62,578 nucleotides of DNA, filler included, from Globobulimina sp. (GCA_003354225.1; 23 parts of 23 records of this genome joined end to end with filler, not necessarily neighbours in it), one strand, 5' to 3'. Positions 12,596 through 25,819 are shown, counted from the first letter of the whole stretch. Made by a program: numbers and translations. Notes: generated by a model from the letters alone, not told the origin.

Positions 12596-13267
12596 ATGGG
12601 TAACTGTTACTCATCAGATGATTGTATTGACTTTTCTGTGGTATTCAAAACATTCAAAACACGCAATATGTCGCAACCATTCCCACAAAATATTGAAAAT
12701 GAAAATATTAATTATAGATTCAGATATCGTTCAACTCGAGAACTTGCACCATTGGATAATTTGGATCCAGCAACAATTGATTTGTTGCTAAATTTGCAAA
12801 ATGTCGCTAGTATTTCACCACAAAATTTGTTAAATATAGAGCCATCATTATCTATGTATGAGCAGGAAGACAAAAAACGGATAGAAATGCTTTCTCAGAC
12901 CCCAAATGCAAAGGAGCTGCGACAAATAATCAATGCAAATTATGCAGCAGATTCTTGCTCTCCTTCACCAAATCAAAGTTTGTCAGTAATAAAAGTTAAA
13001 CCAAATATGTATAGAGATGGTACAAATACATCATGGACAGACCATGAAATTAACACATTATCGCACGAAATGCATCAACAATTAACCTTTGAAATGCGTC
13101 AATTTGGTGATGTTGCCTATGATGAAGAGTTACCATCAAATTTAAATGTATATCCTGATTCGTCAAAAGAGGAATGGTCAAAACACAATGTGGACACTCA
13201 AAGAAAAGAAATGAAAAAAGAAATATTACATTTAGCACTCAACCATAGCATATCCACAGAGATTTAA
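12596..13267 (+). CDS. Uncharacterised protein with MGxC N-terminal acylation signal
   Basis: 223-aa ORF starting MGNC; C-terminus resembles ORF 38811-39713. Confidence 0.7.
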   Translation: MGNCYSSDDCIDFSVVFKTFKTRNMSQPFPQNIENENINYRFRYRSTRELAPLDNLDPATIDLLLNLQNVASISPQNLLNIEPSLSMYEQEDKKRIEMLSQTPNAKELRQIINANYAADSCSPSPNQSLSVIKVKPNMYRDGTNTSWTDHEINTLSHEMHQQLTFEMRQFGDVAYDEELPSNLNVYPDSSKEEWSKHNVDTQRKEMKKEILHLALNHSISTEI

Positions 13268-13631
13268 AAAAAAAAAAAATTACTAAATAATCAATTAATT
13301 TATTTATTTTTAAAATGTTATCTGAATATTATTGTAAAGTTATCTAAATAAAGGAGTTCTGTAATTTGTATATTATTGATGTTCAACTTTTTCGTTTCGA
13401 GGATGAAGAACGTGTTTTCGGAAACACGTTCTTTATCCAAGAAAAAAGTTGAACATCAATACAATGCTTTATCACATGCATGTAAATATGATTTTTTTCT
13501 GTTTTTTTTGTGGGTGTATTTGTTTTGTGTCNNNNNNNNNNNNNNNNNNNNNNNNNNNNNNNNNNNNNNNNNNNNTTAATTAATTAANNNNNNNNNNNNN
13601 NNNNNNNNNNNNNNNNNNNNNNNNNNNNNNN

Positions 13632-13937
13632 CATGAAGATCCAAAACATCCAAACTCAATGAAACTGATTACAAATAAAAGAGATTGGATATTGCAATGT
13701 TCATCGGACACTGACCGAAAAGAATGGATTCATGCAATGAATGACTTAATACAAAATGAAAAATACAATGGTTACATCCCAGAATGTTGTAATCATCATA
13801 AAAATATCCGTGAAACGGATTTATTGATAGATGGAATAGTAAGAGACAATTATGATAGCGAACTATTTCATGATCCATCTTTTTCTCAGATATTAACATT
13901 ATGCAAACAATTTTATCACATTGAGATTTATCATTGA
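13632..13937 (+). CDS. 3' end of PH-domain protein
   Basis: RDWILQCSSDTDRKEWIHAM is a typical PH C-terminal strand-helix. Confidence 0.65.
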   Translation, partial: HEDPKHPNSMKLITNKRDWILQCSSDTDRKEWIHAMNDLIQNEKYNGYIPECCNHHKNIRETDLLIDGIVRDNYDSELFHDPSFSQILTLCKQFYHIEIYH

Positions 13938-14082
13938 TTATTAGTTAATGGTCCGTGCATGCATCTTTTTGGATTATTATGAGTTATGAATTAGTTTTAT
14001 AAGTGTTTAATTTCTTTTGTGTGTGAAGTTTTTGTTTAGTTTTTTTTAGCTTAGTTTTCAGTAGACGAACATTCCGTGCATC

Positions 14083-16257
14083 ATGAACGCAGATGAAAAG
14101 CTCATCAAACCACTAATTCTCAGCCGATTCAGTGCCCAAGTGTCTGATTTACCAATCTCGGAAGAAAAAGACGCAGTATTCCTAACCGATGAGGAAAAAG
14201 CAAAAATGTCCAATTCAAGCATCACATACGTTGATATTGGATTCAGTGTACTGTGGGAAGGTGTTATTTTTGAAAACGTCCAATCATTGCGACATTTTAA
14301 GGACAGCAAAAGTTTCGTCGATCACGTATTAAAAACAGGACACTTAGACACAGTCCAGGAACATTTCAAAAAGCATATCTTAGATTATGTCCCAGCCGCA
14401 AATATAAAAGCATCCAAATCATTTTGCAGCATGCACGGCAAATCACGTATAAACGTAGGTCCATTATCACCATTAGCTCTCGTAAAACCTTACGATGACG
14501 ACTCAGAATCTGGAAGTCCATACAGAGAGTACACGAAACGAGAATCCTTCCCAAGGATTGCCTCATTAACCAACACATATCGCAGCATCATGGACAAATT
14601 CATGAAATCATATTTTTTCAACCCTGGCTTTGAATTATTAGCAGGCGAAACTCCTTCAGACTGGGACCCAAAACCTGACTCAGATTTATTTTGCAAAATA
14701 TTACTACCAAAAGATAACAAGGACACCAACGCTATAAATTTATTACATTTCGCTAACGAATTGAATGCATTATGGAAGATATTATACCGTGAATGTAATA
14801 AACATGTTTCTGATCAACCATATCGATATTCATTCATTCCGTTGAAACATCCGGGGATATTTGTGCCCGGTGGCAGGTTAAGAGAGGTATATTACTGGGA
14901 CACTTTTTGGATTATCCAAGGATTATTATGTTGCGGAATGGTTGATTCATCCAGACGACTGGTTGAAAACTTGGTGGATTTAGTGGATAGGTTTGGATTT
15001 GTTCCGAATGGAACGCGTAAATATTACCTCACTCGCAGTCAACCACCGTTGTTAACCTTGATGGTCAATGAAGTATACACTGTGACAAAAGATAAAAAAT
15101 GGTTGAAGTTAATGTTAAAATCCTTGGTGAAAGAATATAAATATTGGACCAGTGCACCTATTCAAGTTTCTATTGTAGCACAACATGTGAATAAAAAGTA
15201 TAATTTTTCGCGGTATTATTCGTCCAATACAACACCGCGTGCGGAGAGTTATTATGAGGTACAGTATATACATACTTTTGCATATTATTTTGTAGAAAAA
15301 ATAATTTTTGTCGGTTATAGGATCGTATGACAGCATTTCTGGAGCATAATGAGAATAAACGTAACGATTTATACCGCAATATACGTGCAGCAGCAGCCAG
15401 TGGATGGGACTTTTCGTCCCGATGGTACTTTGACGAAAATGGTGCATATGCGAGCGAGCAAATTGTTCCAAGGAAAGGTACTTTTAATTTATTTGTAAAC
15501 ACTTCTTCAAATTTATCCAGATTAATGGAGCAAACATCTATACAAATGTATCAATCTATCACTGTTTTAACTGATGCTGCGACATCTGTCAATGAAGAAG
15601 TATTTGATGAATTTGCGCAGCAACGCATACAATTTACGCATGAATTCTCAATGACACAGCTGGATACATGCAATGTTATCCCTGTTGATTTGAATATATT
15701 TCTGTCCAAAGTCGAAGGATGTTTGAGTCAATTTTATGGTGAGCTTGGTGATGAAGATAATGCAGAGACCTTTAAAGTGTATCAGGACACACGGATTGAA
15801 GGGATTTTAGCATTGTTATGGGATGAAGATAACAATCAATTTAGAGATTGGAATTTTAGATATAATTGCTTTGGTAATTTAAATCTAGCATCAAATTTCA
15901 GTGCGTTGTGGTTGGAATGTGAGCACAAAGAGTTTACTGCAAAGAAAGAGTTATTGGTTGACTCGTTGAGACTGTCTAATTTGGTTTGTGGTGGAGGCGT
16001 TGTAACTACTTTGTATGAGACTGGAGAACAATGGGATTATCCAAATTGTTGGGCACCATTGAATTCGATTGTGATTGAAGGGTTATACAATATGGGAGAA
16101 GAAGATTATGCATTGGAAATAGCAAATATTTGGTTGAACAATAATTATCATACCTTTGTAGCGAGTAGGAAGATGCATGAAAAGTATCATTGTGATCGAC
16201 ATGGAACTGGTGGTGGTGGGGAATATAAACCACAGTTCGGATTCGGATGGACTAATG
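14083..16257 (+). CDS. TREH: Alpha,alpha-trehalase (GH37), intron 15259-15320, 3' partial
   Basis: VPGGRLREVYYWD, PNGTRKYYLTRSQPP, PRAESY, SGWDFSSRW, QWDYPNCWAP, GGGGEYKPQFGFGWTN. Confidence 0.93.
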
Positions 16258-16357
16258 NNNNNNNNNNNNNNNNNNNNNNNNNNNNNNNNNNNNNNNNNNN
16301 NTTAATTAATTAANNNNNNNNNNNNNNNNNNNNNNNNNNNNNNNNNNNNNNNNNNNN

Positions 16358-17155
16358 TTCTAATCCCTGACATTGCTTCATTGTGAGGATTAATTTGGTT
16401 ATATTCGGTGTACTTAATTGTTGTTGTATATTTTTTAAGTTTTGCGATTTTTCCGACCAAAAATTTAACTCATCCAAAGGGTCGGGATGTTTATTTTGAA
16501 ATAATGTTATGGGCTCTTTGAATATTGCATTTTTAATAGATTTTGTCCATTGAATGAGGAATTGTTCCAATACATTGAATCGCTGTGTGTCGTTTATGTA
16601 GCTTTGGTAGATTTCGTTTGGGGGCACAGGTAATAGGGTTTTTCCCTGCGATTCGCCGACAATAACATATAAATCAGAGATAAATTGATTAAATTCAAAT
16701 AATATTTTTTGTGATGCATTATCGCTCCATTGATCGCGATTATGTTTATTTTTAATTAATGGTAAAAATATACCACGACTTAAAACTGACAAATTTTCCA
16801 ATGGATTCGATGTAAATTCAATATTAAATATGTAGTCATGATAGTTTTTGCAAGTTAAAGCAATTGCAGATGTCTTAAAAAATGCCATTGATTTCCGTTT
16901 TGATGAATTTATTGATGTATTATTTCGCGGCATTGAATTATACGAAATTAAATTGTTTGAAATATCCCAGGTTATAATCAATAATTTTATTTCTTTGGTA
17001 TTGCAAAACTTATCCACAGGATCATGAAATTCTTTTTCTTCTAACATTTTTATCCATTTATCTGGTTTCGTATTGCCAATTAATGCTAATGTTAATCTTT
17101 CTCGTGTTAAACCAATTGAATTTAATGATTTCTTCTTTTGTCTATTCTCATTCAT
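16358..17155 (-). CDS. Axonemal dynein heavy chain, N-terminal region (3' partial)
   Basis: GKTLLPVPP, LEQFLIQWTKSI, HPDPLDELNFW....NL..IQQQL at the start of DHC_N1, like outer-arm heavy chains. Confidence 0.8.
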
Positions 17156-17360
17156 GGCGTTTATATTTGACTATTAGCACAAAAACAAAAGTATATTTAT
17201 ATTGCACGCAACAATCAATGTTAAATTGGTGTTGCAGGAGTTGCAGCACCTCTCTTGTCTCTACACAAAGGGAAAACAAAGTGTTTTTTATTATTCTCCA
17301 ACTAAAGTTTTTGGAAAAATAAAATAAAATTAAATAAATATTTGCAATTGAAATACTAGA

Positions 17361-17978
17361 ATGGCAACATTATCTGAAAGATATGAATTACTTCATGAGG
17401 ATAATCCTGTAGTATTTTTTGACATCACAATCGGTGGACATTCAGCAGGAAGGATTGTAATGGAATTATTTGCTCATATTATTCCCAAAACCGCAGAGAA
17501 TGTATGTTATTGTATGTTTTCGTATGTTTTCTAAGTATAATTGTATGTTTTAAATATAATTTTATAGTTTCGTATGTTTTGCACCGGTGAAATACGTAAA
17601 TCTAAAGGCGAATCAATTGGATATAAACAAGTTACATTTCATCGAATCATAAAAGATTTCATGGTGCAAGGCGGTGATTTTGTGAAAGGTGATGGAACCG
17701 GATGTACTTCTATTTACGGCGATAAATTTGATGATGAATCGTTTCATTTCATACACAATCAAGCTGGTTTATTGTCAATGGCTAACAGCGGAGCTAACAC
17801 CAATGGATGTCAATTTTTTATCACATGCAATAACTGTGAATGGTTAGATGGTAAACATGTTGTATTTGGGCGGGTGATTGAAGGCTTATTAACTGTTCGG
17901 AAACTAGAAAATGTTGCAACTGGAGCATCATCAAAACCAAAACTACCATGCATTATCAGTGATTGTGGTCAAATGTAA
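17361..17978 (+). CDS. PPIH: Cyclophilin H (U4/U6 snRNP PPIase), intron 17502-17567
   Basis: [63 protein letters not shown], ends CGQM. Confidence 0.92.
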
Positions 17979-17987
17979 TTTTAATAT

Positions 17988-18935
17988 TTAAAATGTAGGT
18001 CTCCGTTTTCTTGCAGTATATTTGCTATTGCTTGGTACATTGCGATGTCCTCTGGCTTTACGCCTTTCCTTTTGCTGATACACCCAATCTCGATCCTGAA
18101 ATCGATCAATTCCTCTCCTTTTTGCATGTCTCTTTTTCTTTTTGCCATGAACAAAAAATGAATTAATTGCTTGCTGTTGTATCGGATCAATGCCTTGTTG
18201 CATTTTTATTGTTTCCTCATTATTTCGAAAACTATGATTTGGATTGTTTTTATTATATAAATGTTTTTTCGAATTAGCATTAGAAGTCAATGCCTTTGGT
18301 ATAACTCTTTTAACCGATCCACAATCGAGAATAATATAATATTTCTTGGCCTTTGATGAGTTTGGAAAATCAATAATAATCGAAAAAACAAAGCCTGCCT
18401 TCATTGCACATTCAGATATTAATTCCAGTTGCGAGGCATCAGTCGGATACAATTGAAACACAGCGCGTGCCCCTCGTTTTAAACATTTATACAAAGAGTT
18501 GAAGAAGTTTGCCAACCTTCGCTTCGGTTTAATTGAGCTGGTATCACAATGCGTTAACCATTGCAATGTTGAGATGGATATTGCGGCGTCAAAGGTTGCT
18601 TCACGAAAATATAGACCATTCCCTAAATCTGATTGAAATAAATCACCCTCAACGCGTCTTTCCACTGCCACCGACAACATTGAATGCGAAATATCCACAC
18701 CTAACCATACATAATTACTACTGGCATCAGATAATGCTTCACCACTCAAACCTGAACCACATCCTAAGTCTAAAATGTATGCTGGTTCGTTTTTTACTAA
18801 CGACAATAATTCAATCGCACGATCAGCCATTTCACGTTGAATCAAAAGCATTCGAGAATTATTTGCATATTTTTTGGCTGCAGTCTCATTGTAATGTATT
18901 TGTGGTGGTCTTTTCAGTTCAGGTCGACGACTCAT
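17988..18935 (-). CDS. BUD23: 18S rRNA m7G methyltransferase BUD23/WBSCR22
   Basis: MSRRPE...PP, ILDLGCGSGLSG, AISISTLQWL, RAVFQLYP, DFPNSSKAKKYY, SKYTARKRRPTF. Confidence 0.95.
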   Translation of the reverse strand: MSRRPELKRPPQIHYNETAAKKYANNSRMLLIQREMADRAIELLSLVKNEPAYILDLGCGSGLSGEALSDASSNYVWLGVDISHSMLSVAVERRVEGDLFQSDLGNGLYFREATFDAAISISTLQWLTHCDTSSIKPKRRLANFFNSLYKCLKRGARAVFQLYPTDASQLELISECAMKAGFVFSIIIDFPNSSKAKKYYIILDCGSVKRVIPKALTSNANSKKHLYNKNNPNHSFRNNEETIKMQQGIDPIQQQAINSFFVHGKKKKRHAKRRGIDRFQDRDWVYQQKERRKARGHRNVPSNSKYTARKRRPTF

Positions 18936-19083
18936 GCTTTTATTTTTATAATTTGATCATAATTTTGTTCACTACTTAGTCTGNNNNNNNNNNNNNNNNN
19001 NNNNNNNNNNNNNNNNNNNNNNNNNNNTTAATTAATTAANNNNNNNNNNNNNNNNNNNNNNNNNNNNNNNNNNNNNNNNNNNN

Positions 19084-20490
19084 CGACATTTAGACACGCA
19101 ATTAACTGATGATGAATTTTTTAATCAATTTACTAAATCTGTTGGAAGAGAATTAATCACAAAATTATTATTTAATCATTTTAAAACTACTCCCAGCCAA
19201 ATGTCAACAGTTACAAACATTCAATCAGGTATTATTACCAAAAGAGAAGAAAATCAACAAATATTGTCTTATGATTACATTGATGCATTGCCATCAGAAC
19301 TAATTAGTGAATGTGGATCGTATTTAGATTATAAAGAATATTTTCGATTGGCAGAATGCAACAGAAAAACATATATTGCATGTTTTGCATTTCCTAAAAT
19401 ATCGGAATTATATTTGAGGTTTGCTGTTAGATCCACGCATTTGAATGCATTTAAAAATATTGTCAAATTAACAATGAATGTCAAAGATTTTAATGCTTTA
19501 TCAGCATCAAATAAGCGAACATGGTCTAATAATAATTCATTACATACATTGGATTTACGCATACTTAATAGCAATAAGAATGAAACATTATTATTTATTA
19601 ATCAACATTTAATTAATTACAATACTATCACAACATTAATCCTTTGTGACTTTACACCGGAATTAATTCAAGCTTTAGCAGCAAACTTAGAATTTACACA
19701 AATTAAAACTTTGATCATTGGCCACATTGAATTAAGCACCGGGAATAATTCAACTTTAATTGAAAAAACTGAAATAAAAAAATGGTTTCCATCTGTAACA
19801 CGATTATGGATATCTGATCCATTTGGGAACCCAATGTTTGCAGGTAATATTATTGCTGCATTACATAATGAAATAGAATCACTCACAGTTGATTATCCTG
19901 CAGTAATTCCACCAAATACAACATATCCAAAATTGCAATCAGTGAAGTTGCATTATCCAAATAATGTAGATTTTTTAAAAAAAATTAAAGAAACACAGCT
20001 GAAACGTGTTTATCTTTATAATTTTATAGATGTAAATGTTATAGATACATTTATTGAGAATACAATATGTAAACAATTAGCTTTAGAACATGTTACATTG
20101 GGAAACATGAACCGCATGGTTGGTGTTAATCCACTTTATACGTTACAGAAACTCGAAACTGTATTGGTAAAAAACAGAAATAGTAAAGCAAAATGTAAAA
20201 GGTTACGTATTGAGGTTAGATGTAAGACCGCTGATAACGATGATGATGAGAATGAATTTGGAGTCCTCTTATTCAGAGTAAGCAATGCATTGAAAGTTTC
20301 AAATATTGATAATTGGTGTTTAAAAATACAAATAGTGGGTGATAATTTTGAGGAATTGGAATATTTAGAAAATGAATTAAATGAAATGAAAAGAAATTAT
20401 TATGTCGATTATCAAATTACACAAACACAATTGACAGTTATTGTTTCGAATACTTTAGAATATGACCTGTTTGAAACACATTGTTTTTAA
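19084..20490 (+). CDS. F-box-like/LRR-like uncharacterised protein (5' partial)
   Basis: IDALPSELISECGSYL (F-box-like) followed by LxxLxL-type repeats. Confidence 0.55.
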   Translation, partial: RHLDTQLTDDEFFNQFTKSVGRELITKLLFNHFKTTPSQMSTVTNIQSGIITKREENQQILSYDYIDALPSELISECGSYLDYKEYFRLAECNRKTYIACFAFPKISELYLRFAVRSTHLNAFKNIVKLTMNVKDFNALSASNKRTWSNNNSLHTLDLRILNSNKNETLLFINQHLINYNTITTLILCDFTPELIQALAANLEFTQIKTLIIGHIELSTGNNSTLIEKTEIKKWFPSVTRLWISDPFGNPMFAGNIIAALHNEIESLTVDYPAVIPPNTTYPKLQSVKLHYPNNVDFLKKIKETQLKRVYLYNFIDVNVIDTFIENTICKQLALEHVTLGNMNRMVGVNPLYTLQKLETVLVKNRNSKAKCKRLRIEVRCKTADNDDDENEFGVLLFRVSNALKVSNIDNWCLKIQIVGDNFEELEYLENELNEMKRNYYVDYQITQTQLTVIVSNTLEYDLFETHCF

Positions 20491-20541
20491 AATCCGCAAA
20501 TTCGCAATTATTTAATTAACACAATATTGCAATTATACATT

Positions 20542-21708
20542 TTATTGAATACCAATAGCTTGAACCACTGAATAAGAATATCCAAAATGTGAATCATTTG
20601 CAAATTGCATAACTCCGCTGTAAAAGTATAACGGATTCCCTTTTGTATCAAACATTATTTCCGCTCTTTCCCTCCTATATAATATACAAAAGCATCATAT
20701 ATATATTCGGCATTATTCGCTATGACAAATACACAATTATACAATACCTAAAAAAAGTTGTTGTCGTCTGATCAGTCCAAGTGACATTTGTCGGATAACA
20801 ACCGACACCAAAATTATTCCACGATTCACTCACTGTCCAGTTATATAAATCTGTAGTAAAGGCATGCAATGACGGCCATTGTGAATGGTGCTGTGCTGCT
20901 GACATTGAATGAAATATCATATGAAAGGATTTCCCATCGCTGGACCATAAGTATGGATCCTCTGCAACAACACTTAGATTTGCAATATTCACATATGGCC
21001 CTCGATAATCACCAATAGATACTGCAATACCAACATGTTCATTGCCAGTGTTAAATCTATAGCTTAGTACAAATGTGTCATTCGATAATTCAATCGCTGA
21101 TGGATTGGAAATATGTGTTTCTGGCATATTTTCAATTGTAATTATGGATACATTCCAGGGACCAAATGGCGAGTCAGATATTGCGACATCCATTGTATTT
21201 GCAGTTAAATTATTTCCATACACAAATTGTGTGTTGTTTCCATAACAATACGGCATTGGAATTAAGTCATTGATTCGGAAAAACAATAAATATTTTCTCA
21301 TTGACTTACTGTAAATAATATGTGGATTGAATGAGGTTATTGGCATAGTAATATCTTGCGATTTAAAGGGACCAGCTGGTGACGAGGAGGTTAAATGTAA
21401 TAAAAATGTGCCATTCACCATTCCTTGCGACGTATCAGATATATTATAACAGCCAACATTGACATATGCATGATATAAATTATCATTTGCTCCTTTTATT
21501 ACTGTGAAGCCCCAAGAATGACATGTTTCTTCCACATGTGGTTGTGGTGATGGCCAAATGCCTATATTTGGATATGGAGCAGTGGTTAAATTTAGTACAC
21601 TGCATGATTCTCCTTTCCATCCTGAATTGCATAAACATTGACTGTTAATACATTCGCCATTTAGTTCACAATCCATCATTGAATTACATGAGAAACCACT
21701 TACAAAAT
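20542..21708 (-). CDS. EGF-like domain + beta-propeller glycoside-hydrolase-like protein (GH43/clan F-like); intron near 20675-20748
   Basis: CELNGEC...C.C..GWKGESC; SWG, FNPHI, SNPSA, EDPYLW, FHMIFH, RER in last exon. Confidence 0.65.
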
Positions 21709-21808
21709 NNNNNNNNNNNNNNNNNNNNNNNNNNNNNNNNNNNNNNNNNNNNTTAATTAATTAANNNNNNNNNNNNNNNNNNNNNNNNNNNNNNNNNNNN
21801 NNNNNNNN

Positions 21809-22206
21809 GACAGACGCTCTACTTTAAGGTTTACCGTACGTATTTCTGGTTTCTTGCCATATGTGGTCTCTGTTGAAACTTATATAAAATAGAAGGTACA
21901 CACCAATGTCCATAGAGCTGATGTAAACCCCCATGAAGTGGCTGTAGCGGTCATGTTTACAAATGATAATGCCATTTGCGTTCCTGATGCAATTTGTGAT
22001 GAATTCTGTAACTGACCATAAAACATTGCAGTTATTGTGTGAACACATATTTCGAACATCATTGATAATGCGATTTGTAACGACGATTTAAACATAATCC
22101 ATATTTCCTTTAAAATGGATGGTTCCGATTTAAAGATCTTTTTGTTAATGTGTGTTGAGGGCATTTTGAGGTATTCTATTTTCCGTTCTATTTTCCGTGC
22201 AGCCAT
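21809..22206 (-). CDS. MATE-family transporter, N-terminal part
   Basis: E...M.K....I; MFYGQL; ALSFVNMT; GFTSALWTL matches MATE TM1-TM2. Confidence 0.7.
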
Positions 22207-22463
22207 GGAATTATTGGAATGTTAAAAAAGTTTGAAAGTTAGTTAGAAAATCATACATTATTTAAAAAACAGCTGAAACCATTAGCAAATGGCAATATCG
22301 TATTTATACTGTGAAAAGACAGTGTTGAATTCTGCGTTTCTATCTGTTTTAACAAATCATCGATCTGTTTTCTACATGACAAACCTGATCAGTTTTGTAC
22401 TACCATAATTATAAAAATATTGTTTTAATTATAGCTAAAAAAAAATGAATAAATTATATACTA

Positions 22464-24433
22464 TCATTTGGAACAAACATTAGTTTGCCCGTTGTCAAAC
22501 TCAACAACCCTTTGTTCCATTTTATCCACCACATATCCACGAATTCTATATTTCTCTTCAACATTTACATCATTATAATCAATTGATTTAAATCGCCATC
22601 CTTTATTCACAACCGATAAACCTTGAATTACAATCTTTGTATTTTTACCTTTTGCACGAATTATCAATGTCCCGTCCAATTTCAATCCATTAATCTCCAC
22701 ATCACCTTCAATAATCAACGTACTCTCCTCCGTAATGCTTATCTCACCATTCTCTCCACACAGCCGCTTCCCAATATCCTTCACAGTCACTCCAAACGAT
22801 GGATATAATACAATTCTCGCACCATACGCGACAGGAATACCTTTCACGAGTTCCATTTCTTGCTTGGCCTCGTCGGTAATGCCTTTGTTCTGCGACGCAG
22901 CTCTTAAAAACATTCTATTCAAATAATAAACTGCCGCTTCGCCATTGGCGGCACTGAAGGCACTGCCCATTTTCTGCACTTGTTCAATTGAGTCAGCAAT
23001 GTTTTTCTTGACAGGTTTCGATGCCAACCATGCTGGAAAACAGGTCATGCCGACATTGAATGAGCTGTCATTTTCCTTCTTCTCTTCAGCGTCGTCACCA
23101 CCATATTCGCGCAGGTACTTACTGAGTAATTTGGGGTATTCCTGCATCATACACTCCAAACGAGTGGGTTTCTTAAAAGTAGTTTTGTTGCTATCCGTAT
23201 ACTTTGGATTAACAAACTCTGGAATGGCACCTTTATACTTCTCCATCACAACACAATACACATTGTTATTTATTACAAATGAGTTTGTATTGCCTGGGTA
23301 TTTACTGAATCCTGTATTTGGATCATTGATATCACCCTCGGCCAACAGTGAAGATAACTGGTTATATTCTACATTGATGGTTAATATATCAGAAGCATTG
23401 TTTTTCTTTGTTAATTTTGTAATTGCACCAATGGCTTGGCCCGCGGTACGGGGCACTGTCTGTGTATTCATTGCGAAATTAAATTTGCAAGAAACACCCA
23501 ATGTGGATGGCAATGCGCGGAGTGAGACGGGGTTCGTATCCTGGAAAAAAAACAACCATTGCACATTGAATTCATCTCTCCATTTTCGCGCTAAACCTAG
23601 CAAATTAATACAAATGGGCTGCAGTACACATTAATACACTTTTAGCAATGCAACGAACCTGAATTATATAATAAACTATGAACATCACCATGGCCATGGG
23701 GTTTCTCGCCTAATTCATATTTGCTCTTCATACCAAAATGGCATTCATTATCAGCAAAAGTTGGAACCAATTCCTGTTTCAATAATGTTAATTGTGCTTT
23801 ACCATTCATCCCAAAATTATTATTTTGCTGCAATACTTGTACAGTTCGGTCATGTGTGTCATTGGAGGTCATTATCATGAATGGTGCCGTTGGATGGAAT
23901 GCTAATATTATTTTAATATAAAATTCAATAAATGACATTTCAGAGCTTATGTCCATTGGTAATGAGATTTTAATGCCATTATATCCTAATCTTTCGCCTA
24001 AACCACCGGCAACTAATACAAATCCTAAATTTGCAAAGTTTTGTTGACCAATTTCTTCGTATTGATGATATTCATTTGAATCAAATTCCAATGTAACACC
24101 AGCGGGTACGGATGGTATCCAATCATCATACGGATTGACGCCGGCAAATGACTCTTGCAATAATTTTACACCGTTTTTATAATATGCGATAATTCCAGCT
24201 GGATATTGTTTATTTAAACGCAATACCTGAGCTAATAATGCTTTTTTCTCTTGGTCTTGGGTGCCGGGTAACGGCCAATCATCGAAAATGAATGATTGAT
24301 TACAATCTAATAATAAATTAATTGCTAATACTTCGGAGGCATTGAATATATTCAGATTTGCTTTCAGCGCCTCATTGTCAGTTTGGATCACAATCTCATT
24401 TTCTTTTTCATCTGCTGGCTCTGTTTGGGGTGC
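22464..24433 (-). CDS. USP: UDP-sugar pyrophosphorylase, intron 23597-23658
   Basis: FVLVAGGLGERLGYNGIK, IMTSNDTH, KPHGHGDVHSLL, FFQDTN, INVEYNQL, FVNPKY, FKKPTRLECMMQ. Confidence 0.93.
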
Positions 24434-25217
24434 NNNNNNNNNNNNNNNNNNNNNNNNNNNNNNNNNNNNNNNNNNNNTTAATTAATTAANNNNNNNNNNN
24501 NNNNNNNNNNNNNNNNNNNNNNNNNNNNNNNNNGATGAAACATTTACCAAAATTACCACCGGAAACGATTTATGGCGCAAACACAATAAAAAATATCCAA
24601 CATATGCAATTACCAATAAATTAATACAATTACACGACAATAAGAAATATTAATAAGGATGTTTAGAAATTATGAGTATAACTAAACTCATGATTGCGCT
24701 GATTTGCTTATAATTAATTGAAAGACACAACAAATACATTGCACTATGCACGCAATAAAACGTACAGCAGTGTCTCTGTCCAAATCAGTGTTGACTTCAC
24801 CAAAAAGATTCACATCACCATACAAAACAAAGACACCATCACGGCCTCGTCCTCGCAAACCAAAAATGCAATTAAAACCCAGAGGACTTACGTTTATCGA
24901 TCAGAAAGACAAAACTTAATTTATTTAATAAAAATAATTGTATTTCAGCAGCGATCAAAATGCTGCTCCATTTCGTTTTGCTTTAGACATTTTTATTTAA
25001 ACTAATAATAGTCGTAAATCTGCTACATATACTCATCGATTGTTTGAACAACCGGCGAGGCGAAAAAAAGTAATAATTTAGCTAAATTAACGTTTTTTCA
25101 ACAAACTCACTGAGTTTGAATGGCACCGTAGACAGAAACTAACCAAATCAATTTGTAACGTAAAGTATAAATCATTAGCAATTTATACGATATAAAATAC
25201 CTGATTTACTTACACAA

Positions 25218-25463
25218 ATGGAACAGTATATAGATCCACATGCATTTGGTTCAGGAATAATAAATCCTGACAATACACCATATATATATTTAACTGGACC
25301 GTGGATATATTTAGTAATGATATTTATTGTTGGTGTGATTATTATAAATTGCACCATGTGTTTATGTATAACATGCCAACGCCCACAAATGCCAATGACA
25401 AAAGGGAAACAGCTTTATGATGATGGTGATGAACGGTGTGAAATTAATATATATGGACAATGA
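25218..25463 (+). CDS. Small single-pass membrane protein
   Basis: 81-aa ATG ORF with one TM segment followed by Cys residues. Confidence 0.45.
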   Translation: MEQYIDPHAFGSGIINPDNTPYIYLTGPWIYLVMIFIVGVIIINCTMCLCITCQRPQMPMTKGKQLYDDGDERCEINIYGQ

Positions 25464-25661
25464 ATAATTATATGTCTCGTTTGAATATTGTATAATTTAC
25501 AGAGCAATTTCTTTAAATGTTTTTGTTATTCTCAAACCTTTTTTCGTTTTTTTTTTATCTGAAGTGTAATTTTATTGTTCGTGAATGATATTGAATTTCA
25601 ATTTCATTTTTAATTGGATTCATGATGTACAATTGGAAAATTAATGATTATTGATTTCTTA

Positions 25662-25697
25662 AAGTTTTGAAGAAAGTCCGATGTTTCTTCAAAACTT
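25662..25697. repeat. Perfect 14-bp inverted repeat with 8-nt loop between convergent genes
   Basis: AAGTTTTGAAGAAA-gtccgatg-TTTCTTCAAAACTT. Confidence 0.85.
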
Positions 25698-25819
25698 GTT
25701 ATAATTTATTGATTTGCGCAAGAAGTGCTATCAGTTGAAGGCAATATTAATAATATATCAAGAAAAACATGTATTAAATTAAATTAAACTGGCAAGCAAT
25801 AAGAATACAGGCAATTAAA

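Noticed and set aside
15478-15520. Possible extra GT-AG intron in trehalase
   Set aside because: 43 nt with incompatible phases; the frame is open without splicing.
22945-23634. 229-aa plus-strand ORF and many similar overlapping ORFs
   Set aside because: Antisense shadows of well-supported genes such as USP.
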